This document shows positions 39,900 through 53,872 of a stretch of DNA of 64,000 bases, piece by piece. Within the stretch, counting starts at the first letter, position 1. Each line of letters begins with the position of its first letter. This DNA comes from Eledone cirrhosa (taxonomy: Eukaryota), in contig OZ024743.1 of NCBI GenBank assembly GCA_964016885.1, positions 358,980,001 to 359,044,000 of the forward strand, in the 5' to 3' direction. The position numbers and the translations under genes are program-made. The notes beneath the pieces were generated by a model. The model did not search any database. It worked only from the letters and a program-made list of their open reading frames with translations, and was not told where the DNA came from.

Positions 39900-41330
39900 T
39901 CACAATGGATTCAGCTGATAGCCAGACCCATCTAACACGTCATAGCAGTTGTTCAACATAACTCCAGAGGTTAGAAATACTAGGGCACCGGGGGAGTGCC
40001 GCTAGTTTTCCACAAGAAAAACTTCAGATCTTCCAGTCAGTCCGGTCAGACGTGAATTGGTGTAAGGCACGACGGTCAGGACGAAATAGACGACGGAGGC
40101 GATGTAGGAATTTTTCACTTTTACTCAAGCTTTTAGGGATAGCCTCTTCTCAGTCCATTTCTGGGTGAGTCTGGCCACCCTGTTCGCAACCTCATTTCAG
40201 TTCTTGATCATCTGAGATTTCAATCAAACCAGACCCCTGGGCAATTTCACAAGTTCGTCCGTCTTGCACCCCACTATGTTGTTGGACAACAGTGAGTTGC
40301 CTTACCAGGCGCCAAATCGCTTTTGTCATCGCTTCGTAATCCATTCGAGCGGTGTCAATCATATCGATGTGCTTGGTGCCCGACAGTCATACGGTGATGT
40401 ATTTCACATATGCCGAAATGAGTTTTCCGCATCGTAATTCGCGGGAGACATCACTCATCGTCTCTTGTTTCCGCTAGTATTGATGAGAAGTCCCATCCCC
40501 ATCTCTAACCAGTTTTCCCCATTTCCTCTTGCAGTCCTCTATAATTTCTACTTCCGAGTTGGCGAGGACAACCGCCATTAGCCAAGGAATTGTTATTACG
40601 GGCGGCTCGAAGGTGATCCATATGTTTACCAATCTCTGGCTGTAACTGGAGGGGACTAAGATTACATCCTCACTCCTTAGATGCATCAAAGAGTGGTGTC
40701 TTGCATCTGTCTCTGTTCCATATGTCCTTCCTTGAATGATGTGGGTATTGTTTTCTCACACACAGTAGGTATTTTTGTCTGCTTAATTTGTCTGCTCTAA
40801 CCGGCGTAATTTTGCCCTAGTACAACGGATGGGGTATTCAGGACAACACCTCGACCATCATTTTTAATAACACACTATGCGCCCTTTAAATCCTCTTCTT
40901 TCAAACTTATTTTCTTTAGGTTTCTTGCAGCACTTGTTAAGAAAATGCTCTTTGCAGTTATTGGGTCGTCAAGTATGAAATTTGTAGAAATTTGTAGAAA
41001 TTTGTAGAAATTTGTAGAAAAAATTAGTTTGAAACCATGGTGGTGTTCGAAGATGAACTGCTGGCTATGATGGTTGGTAAGGGCGGTGGTGATCGTAGTG
41101 CAGTTATTGTTTTGCAGTGATAAAGTTCTTTCGCCTGTTGGGATAATGATGACGTTGTTGGAGATATAATTAGTTATTTGGATATTTTTTTGTTGTTGTA
41201 GCTAATAATCTGCTTAGCAGTTTTTGAATTAGCTAATTCTGTAGCTTCACATATTTTGCTGTTGCTGTTGTCGTGATGGTGACTACAATGGTAGAGCGTT
41301 AGTTTTTCTTCTTTGAAATGAAAACTGCAA
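39900..41330 (-). mobile_element. Highly degraded LINE of the same family (RT-distal region plus a possible ORF1 remnant)
   Basis: aggcacgacggtcagg, ccatttctgggtgagtctggccaccct and similar stretches match the reverse complement of 48650-49050. Confidence 0.55.
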
Positions 41331-41567
41331 CGCCATATTGTTGAATTTTAAAATAAAATCTAAAAATGATTTTGAAATTTCTGTCCCTCGGGTCAAGCAA
41401 TACAGAAAGCTGACAAACCCCCTCCGGGGTTAGTTTGCTTAAAAATCTAAAAAATATTAACAAAAGTGAACTATAAAAATATAAATTTCAACAATAAATT
41501 TATAACTAATGAAGCGGCCAAACACGTCTTACATATTCCAGAACCACCACCACCATAATAATAATGG

Positions 41568-44365
41568 TTTCATTTATTGGCCACAAGGACTGACATATAG
41601 GGACAATACAATAGACGGGGACAGTGGGGGTTTTTATATAAAAATCGAGTAAAATCAAGCAGGATAACCACCCAGGGTTGACTCAGGTACCCCACCAATC
41701 TTGAACCACCCGACGATTCGAGGGCATCCCTCTCCTCCTCAAATTCACCAGCCTACAGGCGCATGATCAGAGTAGGCCCACATTTCTCCCTCTCTCCACC
41801 CTTACCTTCCTTTCCAAGTGAAACTTGAAAAGGATGATGAGGAATTGGCCGAAGAGAGTCTGTTTTCAGTCCTTTCCACCTGGTCCATCATACAACATCT
41901 TTCGCTACTGCCACCAGACAGAGGAAAATTGCCTGCCCTTCCTGGCCAAAAAAACGCGACGGGTCGATCCACACTATTGTCTCGGCCGATAGCCAGATAA
42001 GTTCTACATGCGACAACAGCTGTTCGACATAACTTCACAAATCAGTTATGTACGGGCACTGGACGAGTGCGTGCAGAACGGTTTCGTCGCTCTGCGCACA
42101 TCTCGGGAAGGTCCGTCTGACAGCTCTTCCGTGTCTGTAGAGTTTATCTCGAACCGGCAGTGCTCCCCAGTAGCACTGCCAAGCGAAGAATGTCTGGAAG
42201 TTATCCATCGTCCCCGACTCGAAAGTCCTCCGAAATAGACTTGTTCGACGCCCAGAGTCTCTCCGAGTGCGTCGTCGCACTTGCCACGACTAATTCTCTA
42301 CAGAACTCAAGAGTGGAAGTTCCACTGACCACATTGCCCGCCTGGTAAAGGTCAATGAGTGCCTGGCAACATTTCGGATGCCAGTCACCCAATTTCGGAT
42401 GCCAGTAACCCAGCCCTCCGTATAGAGGCCGCTGGCACCAGTTGGACCAACGGAACCTGTCCCCTCCACAATAATTTGAAGAGGAGCTGTTCCAACTTGG
42501 CGAGATGCTGCCGGAGGCAAGGCACGGCAGTCAGGCGGTAGTAGATGACGGATGTGATGTACGCATTCACCACATCCACCCCACCTTCAGTGACAGCTTC
42601 CTCGCAGCCCATTTCTGGGTGAGACTGGCTACCCCGGTCGTTCCCCTGTTTCAATTCTTATACTCCTGGAGGTCTGGTCCGAATCAAACCCCGAGCAACT
42701 TTACCTGTCCGTCCGTCCAGCGCCCAACGACACTGTTGGACGGCATGGACATGCCTCTCCAGGCGCTGAGCTGCAAGCCCACCGATTTTCAGGGTTAAGT
42801 TTCGCTCCCGTCAATCTTTCATATTCCCCCAATAAGGTGCCGACCACCTCGATTTCCGAGCTGTCCGACACAATCACGGTGATGTCGTCCGCATGAGCCG
42901 ACACAGCCTTTCCGTGTTCCGGTTCGAGCGAGATGCCATGCAACAGCTCTAGCTTCCGCAGTAAAGGCTCGAGAGTCAATACGTACAGAAGGGAGGAGAG
43001 AGGGCACTCTTGACGGACCGATCAGCAGACCTGAAACTGTTCTGAGAGGTGGCCATTAACTTTGACCACCGAGCAGATGCCGCTGTACATTGCAGCGATC
43101 TAGCTTCTGAAGACAGGGCCTTGAGGACAATTCCAGGTACCGATGGTCGATCCTATCGAAAGCTTTCGGTTGATCTAAATTGATCAGAGCCGCACCGTAG
43201 CCAGGTTCACACCCGACCCTCTCTATGATGTATCGCATGAGGTGAAGGTTGCCGTGTATAGACTTGGTCAGGATAGCGCAAGTTGTGCCTCTCTGACCAG
43301 ATCCTCGACGACAGGCGCCAAGCTCTTCTCTAACACCTTGGCCAAAATCTTAAACTCTGTGTTGAGCAGAGTTATGGGCCTGAAGTTATCTAATGTCTCT
43401 CTTGTTCTCGTCTTTCTTTATCAGCGTCACTACGCCCCGGCTCACAGAACTGGGAGTATTCCCGTTCCGCTGCCAGTTGTAGTAGGACGCTTCGAGGAGA
43501 TCGGAGAACAAGTCTGGAATATTTAAGTAAAGCTCGTAGGGTTGACCATCCAAACCGGGTGACTAGCGCCTCGTGCAGCCGACAAGGACATCCTGAATTT
43601 CAGCTGAAGTTATCAGCCTTTCGCAGTGCTGAGTGTCGGCCGTCGAAAGACGCAGCAAGCCGTCGTGATACAGACTGAAGTCAGCTACCGTCTCTGACCC
43701 ACCACTCTCCCTGAACAACCGTGCAAAGTGCTGGCGAAAGGCCTCACACATCCGCCTGGAATTTCTCAGTTCGTGTCCATCTCGGTCCGTCAAAGACCGA
43801 ATTGTGGTTTTGTTACCACGGTGCACCTCTACCACGCTGGCCCATCGAACAGCTTTGGTTCCCTCGTTTCTCAGAGCACGCGCCTTAGCTCTGTCAATGC
43901 AACCTTCGTGTTTCGCATTGAAGAAATAGTCTAATGCCATCCTCGCCGCTATCATGTCAGCTGTAATGCCACTACAAATAACCTCGTCTAACTTAGCTAC
44001 CACCCCCCACCTCTTTTCTATTTTTCTTTAACGCTACTTCTTTGTTAAACCCTATCGAACTTACTCTAATCTCTCTTTTGAGAGCCCCCACCATCTGTTG
44101 TTGATAACCCGACCTGTCAACTTGTGCCTAATCAAAATCCTGTCTATATACGATCTTGATGATCCTGTGCGGTTGGTCCATGTCAACACTGGCGCATTAT
44201 AGAAATCTAGTCGGTACCTGTCAGACAGTTGGAACTGGCTGATGAGGTACTTGAGGCTTTTGCACCCCCCGCTCCTATCAGCTACTCCAACACAATCCCA
44301 GCATGCGTCTAATATGCCGTTCCAGTCCCCCGCTAACAGTAAAGAGCGAGACGTACCAGAAAGTC
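41568..44365 (-). mobile_element. Tx1/L1-clade LINE, EN-RT-C-terminal region, frameshifted
   Basis: GDWNGILDA, RSYIDRIL, NFRPITLLNTEFKILAKVL, LDQPKAFDRIDH and AHADDITV. The 3' end abuts (ATT)n. Confidence 0.9.
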
Positions 44366-44769
44366 TTCCATGCGCCAACGTTTCATCTTTATTCATGAGG
44401 TCCATGTTGAAGCATGCCCCCTATTTAGCTGCCGCCGCAGCGAAAGTGTTCTTGTTGTTCGGAATTTCTTGTTGGTGTTGGTGCTGTTGGTGTTGTCGTT
44501 GTTCTTGTTGGTGTTGTTACTGTTATCACTGTTGCAGTTGGTCATATCTTTGGTGCCACTGTTGTTGTTTTCGGTGCAGTTAGTTTTGGTGTTGTCGCTG
44601 TTCATGTTCTTGTTGGTCGTGTTAATTTCGTTGTTTTTGTAGTCATTGTTTCTGTTGTCTGCCTTTTGGTTGTTGCTGCTACTACTGTGTTTGGTGTTGT
44701 CATTTTTCTAGGTTAGTGTTCTCACTGTTGCTGTTATTGCTGTTGTTATTTATGTTGTTTAAGAATTCA

Positions 44770-46035
44770 ATAAAGACGGCATAGGACGGTACAGTGTGGT
44801 TATTTTGTGTGAAAGAAAGGCTTATAACAAAGACTAAAACAATAAACATCTAAACAATCAAACATAACAAATTTACCCAAAGTGGGGATAGCCCTGAGGT
44901 TTCAGTCGTGGAGAAAGCGCACAAAAGGCCATGGTAACCTACCGCTAGGGCAAGTGCTCTCTCAGTTGACCTCCTCCAATTTAGCGGCGCATACTCAGAG
45001 CAAGCCTATTTATTCGGACCATGCTCAACTCTCTCACCTACCTTTCAACAAATTGGTTGGAAGGCAGCATTCCTCTCTGCATCTTGGTTTTTCTCTTCAG
45101 GTGAAACCTGAAGAAGTTAATCAGGGTTTTGCTGAAGAGGAAAGTGCTTGTCTTCAAACCTTTCAAACGCATTTACAACACGTCCTCTTTTGCCATGAGC
45201 ACATAACAGTTAAAAACTGCTTGTCCTTCCCCTTTAAAGGAAGACGACAGGGGTGGTCTACACAATGAACACAATTTATAGTCGGATCCGTCACACACGG
45301 GACAGCAGGTGCTCGACATAACCCACAAGTCAGCAATACTCGGACACTCGATGAGTGCGTGTAGAACGGTTTCTCAGAGAGGCTGAGCTGACGGCACTTC
45401 CATGCCTGTAGAGTTTATCTCGAACTGGCAAAGCTCCTTGGTAGCACTGCCGACCCAGGGATTTCTGGAATTTATCCATGGGATCTGGACTGAAAGTCCT
45501 CAGGAAAAGAGCTGCTAGTTAATTTTCGTCGACCCTCAGAGTCTCTCCAAGATCATCGTCGTTTTTACCCGCTACTAAACCTCTCTAGAAAGCTATGGTG
45601 AAGTTTCCACTGATCGCACCACCCCTTTGGCTGAAAGATGTGAGTGCTTGAAGACATTCCTGTTTCCAAGTGCCCCTTCTCAGTTTCTCGCTCGTCCCAG
45701 GACTGCAGCTATGTCAAGGAGTCGAGCTGTGGAAAAACTACGTCTAGAAAACGACAATCACACCTGTTCACTGCCGATGTAAAGCTGGAGATGACGTAGC
45801 CTGAGCGAATGTTAGTGCACCATCAGCTACAACACACCCAGTCCTCTACTCAGTGGGTGTTGGCAGCAAATGGACTGCTTGACCATTGACACGCATCCCT
45901 TCCACAAAAAGCGAAAGAGAAAATGTTTCAGTTCGTTCAGGCAAGGCACGACAGTCAGTCTGTAGTAGATGACGGACGAGATATACGCGTTCACCACCTC
46001 TTCTCGACCTTTAAGTGTGAGTTTGCTCCCTGTCT
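44770..46035 (-). mobile_element. Tx1/L1-clade LINE 3' fragment
   Basis: Reverse-complement similarity to 48960-50230. Confidence 0.8.
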
Positions 46036-46195
46036 TCCTCTAATCTACAAGAGCATACTCAGAGCAGGCCCATTCACTTTGGTCATGCTCGCCCCTCTCA
46101 CATACTTTTCAACAAACTTCTTGACATCGAAAAAGTTAATCAAGCTTCGCCAAAGAGGAAAGTATTTGTCTTCAATCCTTTTAATTTAATAATGT

Positions 46196-46405
46196 TTTTT
46201 ATATAGGCACAGGGCCAGCAATTTGGTGTGAGGGGAAATCGATTAAATCGACCCCAGTGCGTGACTGGTACTTTATTTTATCGACCCCATTAGGATGAAA
46301 GGCAAAGTTAACCTCGGCGGGATTTGAACATAGATCATAAAGGGCCGTAACTCTATGCTGCAAAGCATGGCGTCCGACGCTCTACAGATACTGCCAATCC
46401 ACCGA
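46196..46405 (-). mobile_element. SINE family A
   Basis: Reverse complement of the family consensus. Flanking direct repeat cttttaatttaataat. Confidence 0.8.
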
Positions 46406-46850
46406 CCTCTTTTAATTTAATAATAAAAACAAAAAAATAATTAATGAGATAAAGCAAGATACTTTAGATGGACAAATAAGAAGAATAATTGAAAGTTAAA
46501 GAGCCTGGAAGGACAGGAGAGCATGGATTATGAAGAAATGAGGCAGAATAATTGCAAATATATTGTGAACGAAACATTAATTGAAACGAGAGAGTAGAAG
46601 AGAGAAATAACTGCCAGAAGTTTAAAACTACGTAAAAAGAACAGCAATGACAAATAGAAAATATGGCCGAGAAAAACTGCATACAGGAACGTTTGGTATA
46701 ATAATTGCACACACATAGGCGCAGAAACAGTTATGTAGTTATAGGAGTTGGCTTTACAACCACATAATTCCAGTCTCAATTACATGCCTGCGTGGCACGT
46801 TGAGCGAGTGAAGTTTGGCAGACGGAATCTGTGCAGAAGCTCGTCGTATA

Positions 46851-46890
<40 letters not shown>

Positions 46891-46904
46891 ATTATTATTA
46901 TTAT

Positions 46905-49900
46905 TGGTGGTGCTGGACGTGACCAGCAGAGACGGGCAAGCTTTCAGGCTAGTGGCCGTCTATGCCCCGACAGGAGCAGGGCGGCCTGATTTCTTCCGGC
47001 GTCTGGAGACCTTTCTTGGAACGTCCCGCTCTTTAGTGTTAGTGGGCGACTGGAACGGGATCTTAGATGCACGCTGGGACTGTGTGGGATTAGCGGATAG
47101 GGGTGGAGGGTGCAAGAGCCTCACCAACCTGCTCAGGCGTTTTGAACTGTCTGACAGGTACCGATTGGATTTCCCGAATGTGCCAATGTGGACTTAGACA
47201 AATCGCATAGGGTCATCCAGATCATATCTAGATAGAGTATTTTGTAGGGAAATAGATAGGTCTAGCATAGGCTGTCTACAATTCAAGATAGTCAGCTACA
47301 CGGACCACAAATTCGTGATCTGTGTGCTTGACTTAGATAGGCTTCATAGACGAGGACCCGGTTACTGGAAGCTAAACGCGTCCTTACCAGCGCGCAAGGC
47401 CTACAGAGACCGGATTAGCGAACTAGTTAAGCGGGCGTTGACGGGGGCCGTCGTCAACAGCAAGTGGTGGTTTGCTCATAAAAGAGCGATTAGAATAGAA
47501 TCCATTAGGTTTAGTAAAGCTTTAGAAATAGAGAAAAATAGAGCAGAGGGAGAACTAGTTAGAAAATTAGACGAGGCGCTTAGCAAAGGCATCGCGACCG
47601 ACGTGCTTGCGGCGAAATTGGCCCTAGACCAATTCTTCAATGCAAAGCACGAAGGCTGCGTTGTCAGAGCTAGGGTGCGTGCTCTCAGACACGAGGGGAC
47701 GAAAGCCGTTCAATGGGCCCGAGTGGCGGAGGCGCGTCGTGGCAACAAAGCCACGATCCGGTCTTTGGTGGACGACGACGGGCGCATGCTACTCGATCCC
47801 GGGCAAATGTGTGAAGCTTTTCAGCGACACTTCGCTCAGCTGTTCGGGGGCAGCGGTGGGCCGGGTCGAGGGATGGACTTTAGTGTCTACCTCGACGGAC
47901 TGCCGCGGCTCTCGGTTACTGAGGCGAAGTGTTGCGAAAAGCCGATAATAGCCGCTGAAGTACCGGAGGCAATGACTGGCTGCACAAGGGGTAAATCGCC
48001 TGATTTGGATGGTCTGCCCTATGAACTTTACGTACAGATGCCAGACTTGTTTGGAGGCCTCTTGGCGGACGTCTACTGCAACTGGCAACAGAATGGGAGA
48101 ATTCCCAGCTCTGTGAGCCGAGGAGCGGTGGCACTGCTGAGAAAGGATCCGAACAAGGGGGATAACATAGATAATTTCAGGCCCATAACTCTGCTAAACA
48201 CAGAGTTCAAGATTTTGGCCAAGGTGCTAGCAAAGAGGTTGGCGCTTGTCGTTGGTGGTCTGGTGGGAGAGGCGCAGACATGCGCCATTCCCGACAGATC
48301 CATCCACGACAACCTCCACCTCATGCGATACATCGTAGAGAGGGTAGCTGGGGAACCTGGCACGGGTGGGTCCTTGATCAATTTAGATCAGTCGAAAGCT
48401 TTCGATAGGGTCGACCATCGTTACCTAGCGGCAGTCCTAAGGGCGGCTGGCTTTGGGCCCGTCTTCAGAGGCTGGATCGCTGCCATGCACAGCGACATCT
48501 GCTCTGTGGTGAGAGTGAACGGTCACCTTTCGGAACCGTTCAACATCATGCGCTCGGTCCGCCAAGGATGTCCCTTTTGTACGTATTGACTCTCGAGCCA
48601 TTACTGCACAAACTGGAGACGTTGAGGGGCGTCCCGCGCGAACTAGGATGCGGAAGATCCGTGTCAGCATATGCGGACGATGTCACCGTAGTGGTGTCGA
48701 GCGCCAAACACATCGAGGCGATCGGCACTACACTAAGAGAATACGAAGCGGTGACAGGAGCAATGATCAACCAGGAAAAGTCAGTGGGCCTGCAGCTCAG
48801 CACCTGGAGAGGCAGGTCCATGCCGTCCAACAGCGTCGTCGGGCGCTGGACGGACGGACCGGTTAAATTGCTAGGGGTCTGTTTCGGTCCGGACCTCTAA
48901 AAGGACGAGGTGACGAGCAGGGTGGCTTCTCTCACCCAGAAATGGGCGGAGAGGAAGCTATCCCTAAAAGGTCGAGCGGAGGTGGCTAACGCGTACATCG
49001 CGTCTGTCATCTGCTACCGCCTGACCGTCGTACCTTGTCCTAAGCCCCGCCTGACTGCGCTGGAGCGTTTGCTCTTTCGCTTTTTGTGGAAGAGACGCGC
49101 TCCGATGGTCTGGCGGTCCATCTGCTGTCAACACCCGCTACGTGGAGGGCTGGGAATGCTGTGGCTGATGATGCGCAGACACGCGCTCAGGCTACGACAT
49201 CTCCACCTCTTCCTCGACGGTGATCAGGTGTGGTCGCCGTTTGCTAGACACGTATTTCCCCAGCTCGTTTCCTTGACGGAGCTGCAGTCCTGGGTCAAGC
49301 GAAGACCGAGAGGGAGCGCCTGGATACTGGAATGTCTTCAGGCGCTCACAGCCCTCGACCAATCGGGCAATGTGATCGGTGGAAACTCCACCTCGGCGTT
49401 CTATAGAGGATTAGTGGAGGGGAAGAGCGACGACGTACTTGGGGAAACTCTAGGCATCGACGAAAATCAACTAGCCAATCTCTTCGGAAGAACTTTCGGG
49501 CCGGGACCTATAGACAACTTCCAGAAATCTCTGGCCTGGCAGTGCTACCGAGGAGCCTTGCCAGTTCGGGATAAACTCTACAGGCATGGAGGTGCCGTCA
49601 GCCGGGCATGTCCGAGATGCGCGCAGGGCGACGAAACCGTTCTGCACGCACTCGTCCAGTGTCCGAAAATTGCTGACTTGTGGGTTATGTCGAACACCTG
49701 CTGTCGCGTGTAGGACGGATCCGGCTATTATCTTAGTCCATGGTGAGGATTGCCTCGCCCTCTTCCTTTAGCCGGGAAGGGCAGGCAGTTTTTATCTGTC
49801 TGGTGGCCATGGCGAAAGAGATAGTATGGTGGACACGTTTGAAAGGGCTGAAGACGAGCACTTACTTCTTCGATGCTGCCCTGATTGACTTTTTCAAATT

Positions 49901-50278
49901 TCATTTGAAGAGGAAAATCAGGGTAGAGAGGGAAGTGCTCTCTTCCCAGCATTTTGTTGAAAGATGGGTGAGAGAAGCAAGAATGGCCCAAGTGAATGGG
50001 CCTACTCTGAGTACGTATATGTAAATTAAAGGTGGAAAACTGGGAGAGGGCACTTGCCTTGGTGGTCAGGGTCACTGTGGCCTTTTACTGGGCTTTCTCC
50101 ACAAATGTCCCTCCGAAGTCTCCCCCCTATTGGGGAATTTTTCATTGTTATTTTTTTGTTACATCCTCTGTTTTTGTTTTTTACACGCAGAAATGCCCAT
50201 TTGTACCGTCCTGTATTGTCCTGTACTGTCCTTAATGTCTACTTTATGTAAACCCTTGTGGTTAATAAAGAAATCATT
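46905..50278 (+). mobile_element. Tx1/L1-clade LINE ORF2 (APE endonuclease, RT, C-terminal Cys/His motif), 5'-truncated pseudogenised copy with 3' UTR
   Basis: VAVYAP, GDWN, SYLDRV, YTDHK, YWKLNAS, KSPDLDGLP, FRPITLLNTEFKILAKVL, LDQSKAFDRVDH, SVRQGCP, AYADD and CPRC...ET..HAL..CP. Stops at about 47195 and 48898, frameshifts at about 48575 and 49690. AATAAA is followed by a microsatellite. Confidence 0.93.
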
Positions 50279-50353
50279 AGTCGTCGTCGTCGTCGTCGTC
50301 GTCTTCGTCTTCTTCTTCTTCTTCTTCTTCTTCTTCTTCTTCTTCTTCTTCTT

Positions 50354-50383
<30 letters not shown>
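50279..50383. repeat. (TCG)n(TTC)n microsatellite at the LINE 3' end
   Basis: Seen directly. Confidence 0.95.
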
Positions 50384-50384
<1 letters not shown>

Positions 50385-50389
50385 AATAT

Positions 50390-50755
50390 AGAAGGTATTC
50401 TCTTGCTGACTCGTGTGTGCCGGGTGGCTTGGATCTCTGAGAAGACACCTAAGCAATGGTAATCGGGAGTGATCATCCTAATTTTCAAAAAGGGTTACAA
50501 GAGAGATTGTTCCAATTACAGAGAGATCTGCTTGTTAAACCTCCCCGGTAAAGTCTATGCTAAGTGTCTGGCAAAGAGATGTAGGGAGATTATCAAGTCC
50601 AAGCTAGCTGATGAACAGTGTGGTTTCTGCCTTAGACACATCACAGCCAACCAAATATTCACACTGCGGCTGGTCTTCGAGAAATCGTTGGACTATTTCC
50701 AAGAGGTATTTTCTTGTTTTAGTAGGCCTCGAAAAGGCGTATGACCGCGTTCCTC
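50390..50755 (+). mobile_element. RTE-like LINE RT fragment
   Basis: PKQW*SGVIILIFKKG..RDCSNYREICLLNLPGKVYAK..EQCGF....NQIFTLR...LEKAYDRVP. Confidence 0.8.
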
Positions 50756-50860
50756 TCTATACATATTGCATATTAGATGATGTGATATGAGGGCACGTAT
50801 ATGTATAGGCGTATATACGTGCTGATAAATCTGTACTTATACAAAAATATACTCCCCCCT

Positions 50861-50977
<117 letters not shown>

Positions 50978-52277
50978 AGTGTATATATGTCTAAGTGTAT
51001 ATAAATGCAGGTGTGGATATTTTTGTATATACACGCATATATATGGATTTATAGATGTAGGCATACGTAAGTTCACTCGAAGCATCGATTTACACTTATG
51101 ATACTCCGTAATAGATACAGAAATAAGAATTTAAAATAATCTAAAATTGTATGAACAAATAAATACAAAGTAGATAACGGCAATTTTTTAACAAGCGACA
51201 CAAACGGAATAAGCACCGCCAGAATACAAATACACCGGTCTATAGATATTTTTATCCATTCAAAATGGAAAGAATAAGCAGTGTCATGAATAATGCCAAA
51301 CAAACTCTAGACAAATGCTTTGTATTTGAACCGGACTGATAAATATGGTAATTTCGCATATGTTGCGTATGCTTTATATATATTTTAAATATATTATTTT
51401 TCTGTGTAAAACACTAACCCTTTGTCTTCGTCTACTACTGCTTCTTAAAAACACTGCTATTGCAGCAAATTTAATAAACCTTATCCTTTCTATATAAATA
51501 AAAATAAAAAACAACATTCTAAATAAATAAAAAATAGATAAGTAATGCCTGGTACATAAACCTACTAAATACCACTTAATGTGTAATTTTCCACACACAC
51601 AACAGATATCACTCTAACTGTACAAGAAAAAATAACCAATAGTTTGGAACGTCAGTCGTGGATAAAACTCACGAAAAGCCACGGTCACTCTGACTGCTAG
51701 GGCAAGTGTCCCCTTCTAGGTGTCTTCCTCTAATCTACAGTTGATAACTTTATCGTCCGTTTTGATCTCCTGATGAATCGAGGATTGTTCTGTGCATAGA
51801 CCTTCTTTTACCTCACTAAAGATAATATTGAAGTACTCAACTGTAATCGCATATTATATATATATATATACAATATATTAATAAATGGAAACTATATTTA
51901 TAAAACCATATTTATTTTATTATACATATTTCAAGGGCAACCAAGGCAAATCATGGTGCGCTTTCATCAGATAAAATACAGATTTGTTTTGTAAATAAAT
52001 ATTGCCATACCCGGAAAAAAAGACAACCTTAACAGTTGGAGCTTCCTGGATAGTGGAGATATTACATTTATTGAGGGTAATACAAAATTATGAGTGAGTA
52101 TGCAAACGAGTGTCCGAAAGGTTGAATATATATATATATATACTTAGGTTAATAGGAGTTAGGTATTGTATACCCGTGTCCCATTAAGGTATTGGCAGCA
52201 TAATAATTAGCTCTATGCTTTGGAGCAGAGCCGTATATATGATAAAGAACACAAGAGCGTCTACAACATCAAAAGAT

Positions 52278-52337
52278 TTTTATTGGCTTACAATGTTTCT
52301 TCCTTACGTAACCGTAGGATTCGTCAGAGCTATAAAA
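52278..52337 (-). ncRNA. Type I hammerhead ribozyme (PLE 3' end, sense)
   Basis: UUUUAU.GCU-CUGACGA-A-UCCUACG(GUUA)CGU.AGGA-A-GAAACAUUGUA-AGC..AUAAAA. Confidence 0.8.
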
Positions 52338-53537
52338 GGGGTTTGATTGGTGTTATGGACTCTACCAACCAAACATTCAAGAACAAAGAGTAAAGAGAGT
52401 AAAGAGCAAAAGTAGGGGACAATAAGTCTAATTTTGGTGCGGGAGGGTGGGGTGTGGGTCCTTGTTTACTAGCTGCGGTCATATTCATTCCCGGGAGTCG
52501 AGTGGTTAGCTGAACCATAGATGGGGTGGCGTCGATAGTATGGTGCAGAGGGTGTGCAGAGGCTACACAAACACAAAGGGCATACAATATATATATATAT
52601 ATAACGGAGGAGAAAGTACATGAGGTAATTAGAAATGGAAAAAGAGTAATAATAATAATCTATAATTAATAATGTATAATAAGGCATGGGGAAGATTACA
52701 GTATAATAAGGTATAAAAGTAAGAATAAGGTAAAATATAAAGGAGGATAGAAGTGGAAATAATAAAGATAAAAAATATATATGTAAAAAAATATATAGAG
52801 AATATTTAAAGAAATATAAGCGAATATTTGGAGGGGAAAACACAATGTAAAAAAAACGATTTTTTCAAATAAAAATAAAAATATTATAATTATGGGGGAG
52901 AAAACGGGATAGAGAAATATGATCAAGTGTGATTAGTTGAGAGAATATAAGATGATAATAGTTATGTCAAGTTTATACATCTTAATAATAAATAATCTGT
53001 GTATCAGAGTTACAGAACCTTCAATTCACTTACAGGTTCAAGCCACGTGGCATAGTCCATTGTTTATCTGTGCGGTCATGCGCGTTTGTTTTTGACACCA
53101 CAGCAGATGCACAAGTTCGTAAATTCCAATGCAGATAGAAATCTATTTTTTCTCACCCGGACATTGACGGAGGATCCAATATTCCTAGTTCAATATGTGT
53201 GTGGTGTTATTTTGGTCGCACAAATCAATCACTTGGTTCAATATTATGGAGTATGGTTTTCTGGTTTTCGTAACAGTGTCAGTGGTTGTATATCTCGAAA
53301 TCACAAGGATCACAGTACTCCGGTTTGGTGTGATTATCGGTCATCCAACTATGTTGTTGGTGGTTGGATTCAATTCTATTAGCCCGAACGTTGAACTATG
53401 GTGTCGATAGAACATTAACGAGGCAGGGTGAGATCGCATCTGTGGTACAAAACTGTACGCAAAGAAATTCTTCGTCTTCGTTTCATCCGGGTCCAGCAAT
53501 CATGTGCAAGAACCGCTACGTAGTAATTGTGGGGTTA

Positions 53538-53872
53538 ATCGGTCAAGTCAGCAACTGACCGAAAATTCTCTTAGGAATTCAGACAGGCATGACAGGCACA
53601 TTTAGGTCAGCAGCTTCTTTATGTGTACGTGTGTCCGACACACACAGACACACATTTATATGTATTTCAACTAAAAAAACTCAATTGATTCACCCACTGG
53701 TACTACAATCGGTCAAGACAGCAACTGGCCGAAAATTCCCTTAGGAATTCAGACAGGCATGACAGGCACATTTAGGTCAGCAGCTTCTTTATGTGTACGT
53801 GTGTCCGATACACACAGACACATATCCATATGTATTTCAACTCAAAAAATTCAGTTGATTCGCCTATTGATA
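53538..53872. repeat. 170-bp tandem duplication in the PLE 3' region
   Basis: atcggtcaag.cagcaactg.ccgaaaattc... starts at 53538 and again at 53708. Confidence 0.9.
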
